A stretch of DNA of 57,862 nt, counting the filler, from Sluysia triapertura (Eukaryota): assembly GCA_046118255.1 (NCBI GenBank). It is 4 parts of 4 records of this genome, joined end to end, with 100 filler letters (N's around TTAATTAATTAA, not from the genome) between each part and the next. Parts side by side here need not be neighbours in the genome. Positions count along the whole stretch, not along the records: positions 1 to 19,451 come from JBJNIA010067621.1; 3 more parts are not named here. One strand, 5' to 3'. Position numbers and translations under genes: made by a program. This document shows positions 1-10,290 of this stretch, piece by piece (the stretch's first letter is position 1; each line of letters starts with the position of its first letter). Under the pieces are notes generated by a model, which searched no databases, had not been told where the DNA came from, and saw nothing but the letters and a program-made list of their open reading frames with translations.

Positions 1-760
1 AAATTAAAGTAACCGCAATCTTCCCAACAAGTCCTAACAAACAGTTAACATAGCTTTTAATTTCATCTCCATTTTTTTCAATTATATGTCAGAAAACCTA
101 AAAACATTAAAGAAAAGTTCTTGTATTGTAAGACAAAGGTTTATGCATTATTATGTACTACTACCTCCTATCACTATTATTATTACCACTTTTCAATTTC
201 ATTATTATTTACTATTATTATCCTTATTATTCTTATTATCATTTTTTAATTTTATTATTATTATCTTCATTATTACAATAATTATTATTATTTCTTTATT
301 ATCATTATTATTACCTCTTTTTATTATTAGTACTATTATTATTATTCTCATCAATATTACTATTAGTAATCACAATTATTACATCACAATACTTCAACCG
401 ACTTATGATGTAATAATTACATTGAAGTACAATCATTGAAAATATGTACATTACATCATAAATTCATATCGAAGCACAAAAATCAATATCGTAATCAGCA
501 CACCACCCAATCAGATAGCTCACAAGTATTCTTATTTATCTCTAATCTGATTGGGTGAAGTAAAGGATCGTTTCTGTTATACACACAGACAGAAAATTAA
601 ATCAACAGCCAATTAAAAAGGGCAAACACTAGACATCCATTAATTAAAAACATTTAATGTAATTGCTAGGCTGACAGCCATCTTGACGAAAATTAATATC
701 ACAATTAGAGAATCACCATTATTAAAAAAAAGCAAAAAATTTTGTGAATGTTTAAAAATT
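1..760 (+). repeat. 5' module of dispersed cargo-carrying element, copy A (cut by window start)
   Basis: 77-170 (ttcaattatatgtcagaaaa..aaagaaaagttc..taagacaaaggtttatgcatta) aligns by eye with ~28713-28795 and ~53295-53365. All three are followed by a TAT-rich tract, a CCAAT-type motif and an A-rich leader. Confidence 0.7.
504..557. promoter_or_regulatory. 13-bp perfect inverted repeat of opposed CCAAT boxes (putative element promoter)
   Basis: CACCCAATCAGAT (504-516) and ATCTGATTGGGTG (545-557), 28-nt spacer, ~200 nt upstream of the ORF at 748. Promoter role is inferred. Confidence 0.55.
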
Positions 761-2295
761 CAATTGATAGACAGAGTAAAGAAAAAAAAACTTTCAAAAG
801 TCGTCAAATTTTGAAGATTCATCATCAAAACTTTTCATCGTCAAAACTATTATCTAGTATGAATTCTCAAGCAGAAAGTGTATCTGAAATTGGACTCGAT
901 GGAAGACGGAGGGCAATCGAAAACGAAGCCAAAAGAGAAAGTGAACTAAGTAATCAAGTTGGTTGTATTACAGAAGCTGATGTTAATACTCATGATGAAC
1001 AATGCAAGCAGTTTGTTAGATTCTTAGAAACAGAGACACTTACCATGAATATTATCCTTGATGATCAAGAAGCTCTATGTAGACTCAGAGATTTAGATTT
1101 GATGTTTAATGTAGAAAGTAGAGACAGATTGTTAGCAAGGCCTAGAGTTGTTAATCAGATTAGAGAGTTTGTAAATAGCATGGGAATTTTAGAGGTAGAG
1201 ACACTTAGCTTTAATTTTATTCCTGGTGGTGTTACAGCAAAACAGTTCATAATGCACCACAATGCGTTCGATCTGGATATACACGTGACGGGTGCACCAG
1301 AATTGTATTTAAAGGATTCGGTAGCGGGCGGTTGTCCTTATGTATTTACGATTGGTAAACAACAACGTATTGAAGATGCAGATTCAACTCATAATACGGA
1401 TTTCGCGACGTGTGAATTTTATTTAGCTTACGAAGATTATAATGATCTAATGAAGATAACAGAGGAGGCGTTACTTAGTTTAGTTACGAAGATATCCAGT
1501 ATCTATGAAGCTTCAATGAACAATGATATACAAGATCGTAGTGAAAAACAAATGCTGAACGGCATATTCTTAGATGCTGCAGAATCCCCGGCTCATGTAA
1601 ATAGAAGTATGGCTACTTTTCTTTTTAAGTTTACAATTAATATAATTGATACAGTTTTAAACTTCTTATTAACATCTTATTTTTATAGATTTGGTACAGC
1701 GTGCGAAAACGAAAATGGACTCCGCAAGAAAGGAACTCTGTTTGGTGACGCCCCATTGAACAACCTTTTAATACATGTTTCAATACATTTTGATATTAAT
1801 AGTTTTTATTTGTCTAAGTCTAAAATTTATTATAAAAGTTGTAAATTAAATAATAGTGTAAACATCGATCTAGTGACACAGACACACTCGAAGAAATCCA
1901 AATATTTTGAACCACTAAAAGAAATGATTGACATTTATTCCAATTTATGTATGAAATGTTATGCACAATCCAATCTTAATATCAAGTCACACCTTCCATT
2001 AAGTTTCATGCCCCATTGCATAAGTCTTCACATACAAACCAATTCTTCCTCCAACTTTCTTGCGTCTCCGAACATCTTTAAATTAGTAAAATATTCAAAC
2101 AACATGACAATAAACTATATAAGACGAACTAACATCACGATTTTAAATCCCATAAATAATTATTGTGTTGTAAAATTTTTATACTTTCTTAGTATCCAAT
2201 TATTCTTGAGTTATAATAAAAACATTCCCTTAAGGATTAGACCGACAATAACTTTGACATTTTACATGGTGCACCTTATTAGGTGCAAAACATAA
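748..2295 (+). CDS. Chimeric ORF containing a degenerate class II lysyl-tRNA synthetase catalytic-domain fragment; the 3' third is probably not real coding sequence
   Basis: 515-codon open frame; aa ~104-249 are LysRS-like and the flanks are unrelated. Possible GT-AG intron at 1597-1688. The 3' end runs into the non-coding repeat module at 2215-2440. Confidence 0.55.
   Translation: MFKNSIDRQSKEKKTFKSRQILKIHHQNFSSSKLLSSMNSQAESVSEIGLDGRRRAIENEAKRESELSNQVGCITEADVNTHDEQCKQFVRFLETETLTMNIILDDQEALCRLRDLDLMFNVESRDRLLARPRVVNQIREFVNSMGILEVETLSFNFIPGGVTAKQFIMHHNAFDLDIHVTGAPELYLKDSVAGGCPYVFTIGKQQRIEDADSTHNTDFATCEFYLAYEDYNDLMKITEEALLSLVTKISSIYEASMNNDIQDRSEKQMLNGIFLDAAESPAHVNRSMATFLFKFTINIIDTVLNFLLTSYFYRFGTACENENGLRKKGTLFGDAPLNNLLIHVSIHFDINSFYLSKSKIYYKSCKLNNSVNIDLVTQTHSKKSKYFEPLKEMIDIYSNLCMKCYAQSNLNIKSHLPLSFMPHCISLHIQTNSSSNFLASPNIFKLVKYSNNMTINYIRRTNITILNPINNYCVVKFLYFLSIQLFLSYNKNIPLRIRPTITLTFYMVHLIRCKT
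1021..1494 (+). pseudogene. KARS1: Intronless lysyl-tRNA synthetase fragment (motifs 1 and 2; no anticodon OB-fold, no motif 3)
   Basis: LDDQEALCRLRDLDLMFN..LEVETLSFNFIPGGVTAKQFIMHHNAFDLD..APELYLK..GG..VFTIGKQQRIEDADSTHNTDFATCEFYLAYEDYNDLMKITE matches eukaryotic LysRS (DQETRYRQRYLDL..LEIETPMMNIIPGGAxAKPFITYHN..RIAPELY..[33 protein letters not shown]). Confidence 0.92.
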
Positions 2296-2440
2296 AAAAT
2301 TGATTAATGATCAAACATTATTTTCTTTTACTTCACTCAATCTACTTTTACTTAAATTACTTCTCTCATTAAAATAATGAATAACTTTAGATTTTAGAAT
2401 TGAATAGATTTTCACATCCAATTTTCTAATGGTAAATGTT
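2215..2440 (+). repeat. 3' module of dispersed element, copy A
   Basis: aggattagaccgacaataac..tacatggt..ttattaggtgcaaaacataaaaa..ctcaatctacttttac..ttacttctctcattaaaataa..ccaattttctaatg aligns with 31870-32140 and 49720-49970. Contains hairpin TGCACCT-TATT-AGGTGCA (2270-2287). Confidence 0.85.
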
Positions 2441-3450
2441 TAAGGTTAAATAATCTAGTTTTAGACTTAATGTTATTTCATGCTTAAAGGTTTTATTTAA
2501 TACTTCATAATATTTATCTTATCAAGTTAAAATAAACTTAACCTATTTAGGTGTAGTAAAACAATAGAGAAAACCTTTTTATAAGTTAAATAATAACAGT
2601 ACTTTTAAAATCTGAAGTTATGACTAGTGTAATTATCACTACTCTAAAGTAGAGAGATCCTAACAAGTAGAAACTTACGAATTGTCTCCTGTGATACCAA
2701 TTAGTCTGATGATACTCTTGAACGTGCAGCATAAACTATCCATTTATATTATATATGGTACTACGTGAAAAATTTAGAAAATCTTCGAATAAGCACTATT
2801 AAGATTTATGAGTAAACTCTTCGTTGTGAGTAATTATGTGAATGAGTCCTCTTTAAATACTTTTCTCTTAGTTTAATGCGTTTTCCATTTATTTTGTAAT
2901 TAATTTAATGTAATTCCTATCCAATTTTAATTTTATTTATTTATTTTATCATTTGTTTAATTGCACTTCTTGTTTGAGTAGAGTTATTTTAACCATTTGT
3001 TAATTTTTTATTAATATTGTTTGTTTTTAATTAATTACCTTTTTAATTGCAGGAACCTGCAGGAAATATATTAATTCAATTGATGAATGATAATTTTGAT
3101 GAAATTTTAGCAATCATGTTCTATCCTATTCCATAATAATTTTATTATGTTCAATGTTTTTCCATATATTTTCTTGCCTATAATAGATTTTTGTTTATGT
3201 TGTTTCCATGGTGATTTATTAATGCACTATTTCTTTTTTCCGTATTGATTTATTAAAATAAAATTCGTTTTATTAATTTTATAATTCACATTTGTATTAT
3301 GAAATTGTGAGAGCTGAACTGCTGAACTGTTACTGAACTGTTATGCTGAACTGCTTATAGTGATTTTATAAAGAATTGAATTGTGATTATTATGTGATTA
3401 TATTAATATTATGTAATTATATTAAATAAAATTATTATAAATATTACATT

Positions 3451-3540
3451 AAAAAATTATAAAATATAAATTTAAGTGAAATAAAATATTTAAAAAATTA
3501 GAATATAAATTTAAGCAAAATAAAATATTTAAAAAATTAT
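3451..3540. repeat. ~40-bp AT-rich tandem duplication
   Basis: aatataaatttaag(tg/ca)aaataaaatatttaaaaaatta occurs twice in tandem. Confidence 0.6.
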
Positions 3541-3797
3541 TATATAATTTTTATAAAGTAAAAATCAAATTCTAGTAAATATTCTAAAAATTAATTAAAA
3601 AATTAAAATGATTTGTTTAAATAAAACAAATCTTTCTATACGTGTAATAACACGTTCAAGAACAAAAATCAACTATAAATTTAGTTGCAAATTATGGAGC
3701 AAACATAACAAAAATTTTCAAATTCTTAATCATTATCCAAGGACACAGAAGAAGATCCATGTATTCGGTAAGAATATTTTATATAAGTTTGTCCTCC

Positions 3798-4165
3798 TTA
3801 CCGTAAGAAGGAAGGAGTAAAATCTTACTCAAATTTAATTTAAATTTTTTTTAACTTATACCTTAATAAGGATAAGTAAATTTAAATTTAAAATCTTACT
3901 AAACTAAATTCTTATTGAATTTAAGTTAATTTAAACTGAGTATCATTATTATTAGTAAAATTTTGTTGTTAGATCTTTTGTGGTAATATAAGTTATTGAT
4001 TTGCTTTAGTTATTATCGTAATAATTAAAATCATTGTTTGAATGCTATACCGTAACAGGATAGCTTAATTTGATAAAATTTACACTTTTGTTTTCAAGAA
4101 ATTAGACCGTAAACGGCTAATTTAATATTTAATTTTGATCAGTTAGACCGTAAAAGGCTAACTTA
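3798..4165 (+). repeat. Cluster of ACCGTAA(n)GG motifs
   Basis: ttaccgtaagaagg (~3799), ataccgtaacagg (~4047), ttagaccgtaaacggctaa (~4102), ttagaccgtaaaaggctaa (~4143); a related taagaccgtaaaa at ~5745. Confidence 0.55.
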
Positions 4166-4348
4166 AAATCTTTAAAATATTAACAAATAATAATAATAAT
4201 TTAAGGAGATAATTGTTATAAACTTATCTAAACCTTAAGTCTTTATCTATTTCTATTTCTTATATTATAAATCCTAATAGGCCGCCGTCTTATAGACTTA
4301 AGTCGTTCTTGTTAGGTCGAACTCGTCTAGGCTTATTTGCATCGTAGG

Positions 4349-4984
4349 TTAGGTATAACCCAGAATCGTAGCAAGTATATGTAATGGACGTTGCAATAAC
4401 AAATAATTTATCAAAGATCGATTAGTACCAAAAATAACAAATACAAAAATAGCACGCATTATTAACATACCAGAAAATAATCCAAGTAAGAATGTAGCCG
4501 TAATATGATAACGTTCACTTATTCCAATTGTACTTACTAATAATTCATTAGAATCATCTTGATGAAATGAAATACATTCTGTTGAATTTTGTTTAACTTC
4601 ACGCAATTTGTTACGAATAAAAATATCGTGATTTTCTTGTTTAAATCATCTTGGTTCTTCTACGTAGACTGAATCGCCTAAAGCACCTTGTGTGGCCGTT
4701 TGTTTCTGTATAGTATGCAATTGAGATGCATCAAAATCTGTTGCTTTTACATAGTTTTCAATGTCATCTTGTAAGTCGTCTAGATAATGTTCTAAACCAA
4801 CTTTGTTAATCGACTGTTGAATGTGTTGACTTAATGTGTTCAGTTAATGTTGGGCCCTCATTAATGTGTTATTAACTTGTTGAATTTCTGATCGTCTTTG
4901 TCGACGAGGCTTTCAAGGTTTACTATCGGTTTCATTTGTATAACCTTCATTAATTTCTCCATTATTATCTCTAGAATCATTCAT
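4349..4984 (-). pseudogene. TMEM237: Intronless, 3'-truncated TMEM237-like pseudogene (ciliary transition-zone membrane protein)
   Basis: One frame from ATG at 4984 (MNDSRDNNGEINEGY..) with three in-frame stops. GDSVYVEEPR*F resembles TMEM237 GKVFVEKSRRF, and ERYHITATFLLGLFSGMLIMRAIFVFVIFG resembles [30 protein letters not shown]. Confidence 0.65.
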
Positions 4985-5360
4985 TTAAAACCTCAAAAAT
5001 GGATTCTATAATTAGGAACAAATTGCTATTGTTAATACTCGATGTAAATGTATTGATAGATTGTGATAACGCATTATACCACATATTGTTACTATTGCTG
5101 CTACCGCTGATTGGATATTTGGATAATGCTGATCCACTTCCATAACCACTAGATCGAAATCGTTTTTTTTGTGAAGACAAACAAAAGTATTCATATCCAT
5201 TTTTGATTTCAAAGATACCATATTATCATCATTTAGAGGTGTTTTTGGGAGATAAAAGCACTTCTTTTGTAGCAAATATATTTGAATTAACGGTTGGCCG
5301 TAAACAAGTTTTTTTTGAGATGAATGGTGTGAATCGGGATCAAATATATTGCGTGTAGTA
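4977..5360 (-). pseudogene. Unidentified frameshifted coding-like fragment directly upstream of the TMEM237 copy
   Basis: ORFs 5012-5422 and 4977-5180 join at a T-run (~5163-5170) to read ..RNIFDPDSHHSSQKKLVYGQPL..FVCLHKK/RFRSSGYGSGSALSKYP..; family not recognised. Confidence 0.3.
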
Positions 5361-7693
5361 TTAGGGAGAAACAAAAGGATAAAAAGAAATAAGGATAAAA
5401 GAAATAATAATAATGATAACAATTACGTGGTTATTATACTTATTAATACTGAATTGTTGATGTAGAAATTTATTATGAAAACTATTATAAAAGTTATTAT
5501 AAAAGTTATTATTTGATATTTATATTATATAACAATAATGACAATAATTATTATATATGTATATTGTTTAATACGATTTGAATTGTAATAATTAGGTGCG
5601 ATGATCATATTTGTTTTTTGAATGAGTTTAGTAGTTTGTTTAATAGTCTGTGTAAATGTGAAATGTCTTTATGTGATGAAATGTGATGAATTTTGTGTGA
5701 TTTCCCTACAATAACATATTACTTGAAAGGTTAAACGTCGGCTTAAGACCGTAAAAATAACTAATAAATTTTAACATGAACAAAGCAAAAGAACTCAAAA
5801 TGACGAACGATATATTAAAGAATGAAACAATAACACGTTTAAAATAAATCGTAATAAACCGTAATATTGATGTTCAAATACGGATAAGATTAAAAGTGAC
5901 ATTATGCAGAATATATTGTTTACAGCAAAATATGAAGCTGTTATTGTTAATAAAATGTAATTAGTATTCGAAACATTAATTGTTAAAAAAATTAAGTATA
6001 ATAAACAATTCAATGATACTACATATTACAATTATGTTACGCAAAAACCAATAGTGATCATGTAAATAAAAGAAGTTATTATGTGTATAAAACAGAAAAA
6101 CATAAGATAAATTATGATAACCTTCAAAAATAACAAAAATAAATAAACTGCTATCCTAAGATCAGAAAAAAAGAATCTAGTTTAGTAATAATAAGTCCAT
6201 CGTTTTTAAAATTACCACAAATTATCAAATGTTGAAACATTAGTTAAATAAAAGAGAATAAAAAGCATGATAAAAAAATTTTTATCACCTCTTTATACTG
6301 TGAACTGAGTCGTTTACAAATGAAATAATTGTATACTTTGTTCAGTGTTCGTTTGGGAAATAAGCAAATAACAAGAAGTATCAACGAACTAATAGGTATT
6401 ATAATTAATGAAAAAATTGCAGTAAATGTAACTGTTTTTATTCCAATTAATAAAATAAGGAAAATGGTTAAACATGGAAGTGCACCATTTAATACAAGAG
6501 AAAAATTTAGTTTTGATTTCTACGTTAATATAAACATTAAATTTTTCATTTAATATATTAATACCTGATTCTTTTCGATTGAATATCTCACCACTTCCTT
6601 TTTCTCAGGGAAATTTGCCAAAGATATCATCTGATAAGATTATAAATATTAAATTGCAAAGGCAAAATTGATAAATAAATCGCATATAGTTAACATAAAT
6701 AAAGGTAAAACGAAACAGTTAGTTATACATGAAAAGTGTATATATTGTAATTCGGCTTAAAAATTGGTCGTCATAAATTAACATTATATAAAAAGATAAA
6801 CTAACCAATGGATAAAATGTTATTACTCCTTGTATTTAAATTAACACTGGATAAGATAGAGTTATTTAAATATATCATACAAAACAGAACGTTTACATAG
6901 AACTCAAATAGATAATTTAATATCCACGCTTTAAACTTATTCTGTCATGATTAATATCAGGTTCTAAATTCAATTTAGTAATAATTTACGATTTATTAAT
7001 AATTTACATATTATTACACAACTTTGTACAACCATTACCATAGATTTTTTAAAAATTGTGTTTATTTACTTATTAATATTTAATCATATCTACAAAATTT
7101 ACCAAGACAAATATAAAATATTTGCAATAGTTATTTTTCTACAAAACAAAAAATATTAATAAAATGACGAATCCTTTAAAAGTATCTATTTTTATCACTT
7201 ATAATAATTTTATACAAAATAATAGATAATAAATCTTTAATAGTTCTATACGCAAGACAGTAGTAATGTATAAATGTGGGATATTACTTTAAAAAGAAAC
7301 AATGTTAGAAAGAATAAGAAATCAGAAACATAAAAACTAAATAATGATGGTTAAAATGGATTAATAATCGAAATTTTTGATTTTATATGCATATATTTGT
7401 CTTTGAAGCTGTACATTCATGCCAATAGCAGATTGTAAATCAGATTCCATATTAATACAACGCATCATGAGTTCTTCACATATTCATTTTGATCATATCA
7501 AAGGTACATGTTGTATGACTAATAACTTCATTGGATATGTTTGTAAAGACTCTTTCATGCGAATAAATATAGGACTTAATGAGGAAGATCCCAATATCGA
7601 ATTGTGCTGAGTGGGAGAAAGTAAGATATTATTCATTATTAAAGTTTCTGTACTGTTGGAGTTGCGTGTATGTGAATCTGAGAAACACTGAAT

Positions 7694-7824
7694 TCATTCT
7701 GACCTCATATATTTGTGAATAATTTTCTGCTGATTTTTTATTGTTTTACAAAGATTTTCTTTTCCTTTTTCAAGTAAATCAATAATTCTTTTGGTTTCAG
7801 CAAATTCATCTTGACTATCTGTTA
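7694..7824 (-). other. Candidate exon, unidentified
   Basis: Acceptor ttttgcttgatctag, then TDSQDEFAETKRIIDLLEKGKENLCKTIKNQQKIIHKYMRSE*; the frame stays open past the TGA. Confidence 0.25.
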
Positions 7825-7884
7825 CTAGATCAAGCAAAATATATTTATCTATTGCAACATTTAATTGTTATTTTCTTTGTTCAG

Positions 7885-8023
7885 ATCTAGTGAAGAATCA
7901 GTTGTTGTTTATGAGGTGCCATTTAAGCCGTTTTTTGATTGGCAGAAGACTGTTGCTTCTACAATCTTGCATAAATCTCATCTGGAGCAGCAATTAATTC
8001 ACCATGATGACCTTCTTGGATAA
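7885..8023 (+). other. Candidate terminal coding exon, unidentified
   Basis: Good acceptor ttttctttgttcag, then SSEESVVVYEVPFKPFFDWQKTVASTILHKSHLEQQLIHHDDLLG*; locally raised GC. Confidence 0.35.
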
Positions 8024-8179
8024 TAACAAAGAAAATTTGAATGAATACGAAATTATTATGACTGTGTTTATGTTTTAAATGTAATGAGTACTTTGTTTAA
8101 TAATTTGTTTATGTAATATGTATCGATTTATGTTAGTGTTTGCTTGTAATTGTCATCAGTTGATCTTGAGTTCACTACA

Positions 8180-8500
8180 TTGACGTCTCTGGTAGCTGAT
8201 TATATATTTTTGAAACATATACGGTTTGTATCATACTGTCTAGCTTATTATTACTGTGGATTTTGTATAGATTATTATGTCTCAATAAAATATTCATCTT
8301 GATTTCTAAATTTTTTATTATTTCTAAGAGATATTCAGGACTTCCATTATATAAGCATTTCTAAATTTTTGTAATGATTTTGAATTATATTCTTGCATTT
8401 ATTGGCAACAATTGTAATTATTTCAGATAACATGATTAATTATTAATTGCAATTTTTTCACTTTTCTATATGAAATTGAATGCAATGTACCATTGTACAA
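8180..8500 (-). mobile_element. 3' remnant of a non-LTR retrotransposon, same family as 38040-38855
   Basis: tctctggtagctgattatata.. and tgattaattattaattgcaattttttcacttttctatatgaaattga align with 38092-38430. Confidence 0.75.
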
Positions 8501-9699
8501 CATCTCAAATATACTTAATCAATAAAAGAAAATTTAAAAAAATTACGAATCAAACAGTAACGCTGGATGAACGAAAAAAGTATAAAGTTATTAAAATATA
8601 AAGAAAGAAATAAACACTAATAAACAAAAATTAATACAAATTAACAAATAACTGGAAAATAAATGTATATTACATTGGAAAATTAAATAAATAGATTTAA
8701 TTGGTTATATTGTCACACTAATATAAAGAATGAAAGAAATGGGCCATATAATAAAATCAACTACAGAATAGTTATTATAGAATTGAACTAAAATCAGAAA
8801 AAGAAGTTATAAAAATAAATTAGTTTCAATATAACCTGCACAAATTATGGAACCGAATCTTTTCCAATATAACAATCCTGTAATATTATTTGCATGGAAT
8901 CTATAAGTAACTTATCTATCCACTACATTTATAAATAATGTACTTAATGATATGATGCAAAACTACAATCACTTTAAAGATCATGTCAATGAGATTGATT
9001 ATAAGTATCAACAACCGAGATAAATCAATTGACATAATGTATACGATAACTATTCGTAAAGCCAAATTTATTTACTGTGTGGTAGAGTAATTATAATTAC
9101 AGTTTAAATAATAAATTTTTGTTGAAATATCGAATAAAACGGAATAAAATGAATTATCATTAATAATATTATTATTATATTTATTGTAATAAATAATTTT
9201 TAAATTTTTTGCTTAAATTGTTCGATTAAAATCTGGACAATGAATATCAAACCTTTAAATTTTGTAAATCTTTATCAATAATGTAAATATGGTCAGTGTA
9301 TGATGCATCTATTTTCATCACTCTGGGTAATTCACCATTCATTTCATAGCTATGCATTTGTTTATAATAATCAGAATTAGCAAGTTGACGATAATTTTTG
9401 AATAGAAGACACTAATTGATACATGTTACACATCGAAAAAAAGTATGTGTTGAAATTATTAAAATTAAGTGATAATTTCCAAAAAAATGCATCATTTAAT
9501 AAGTATAATGCATTATTAAAATTTATAAGCACATAAATTCACATAACGTGAACTAACGTTACCCATTTACCATTGTTTTTTTATATTCAGTATACAGAAG
9601 AATTCTCTATGATATGTTTTATTTAATACATCTAAAGCCATATATCCAATCATTGAAAGAACTATCTTCTTCGTCAAACATAAAGCAGCTTCAAAATTT

Positions 9700-9923
9700 T
9701 CAGATAATATTGAATGTATCAGTGGTTTTTTTTAAGATTCTTCATAAAAAATCATTAGTTTCATAAATTTTAATTCTGATGCTAAAATAAGGTTTTCTAA
9801 ATTTTCTAAATCTGATTTTTCATTTCTTTGTGATTCAATGTTTTGAGATAGTTCAAAAATAGAGTCTTTTATACTCCAATATCTATCAGAAAATTTTTTA
9901 CAAGTTAAAAGTTTCTGAATCAC
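9700..9923 (-). mobile_element. Possible hAT-type transposase remnant
   Basis: SIKDSIFELSQN..ENLENLILASELKFMKLMIFYE/ILKKTTDTFNII weakly resembles the hAT FEF..IFxxTDxLFNILQ segment. Confidence 0.3.
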
Positions 9924-10074
9924 ATAAAAATATGAAAAAATTGATTCGATTAAATTTAAAATTACTAATTGAATTTATTACGCCGATGCAATGAAATGTG
10001 TATTGGAAGCTAGAGTGGCCAATTCACATTTTAATGGGCTATTAGCAAAGTTACAAGGTAGTGAATAAAATTAC

Positions 10075-10233
10075 TAAAAGTAATAATAAAGTAATAGTAA
10101 TTATAATTATAACTATAATATCCCTAATAAGATTGATAATGATGATGGCAATAATAATAACCATCATCATAGTAATAATAATCGTAATAATAACAATAAT
10201 AATGGTAATAATAAGATTGATAATGATGACATC

Positions 10234-10266
<33 letters not shown>

Positions 10267-10290
10267 TATTATTATTATTATTATTAAGCA
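10075..10290. repeat. AAT/ATT low-complexity microsatellite
   Basis: Degenerate (AAT)n switching to (TAT)n; it accounts for the spurious poly-Ile ORF. Confidence 0.85.

Noticed and set aside
86-439. 117-aa hydrophobic ORF
   Set aside because: Product of the TAT-rich tract of the repeat module. The same applies to ORFs at 10061, 18887, 44289, 51186 and 53358.
2270-2287. Hairpin as a Helitron 3' terminus of the cargo element
   Set aside because: No CTRR shortly downstream, homology continues well past it, and the hairpin is imperfect or absent in copies B and C.
748-2295. Functional lysyl-tRNA synthetase gene
   Set aside because: Lacks the anticodon-binding domain and motif 3; motifs 1 and 2 are degenerate.
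2700-2740. CTGATGA as a hammerhead ribozyme core (also ~57489)
   Set aside because: No stem II followed by GAAA and no matching stems I/III found.
3798-4165. CRISPR-like array (also 42093-42344)
   Set aside because: Eukaryotic context, repeats too short, few or irregularly spaced, no cas genes.
7694-7824. TENT5 terminal exon
   Set aside because: No STVCLM/ERRQTL motif, the intervening IRGGGLLKY exon was not found, and it lies across a contig linker.
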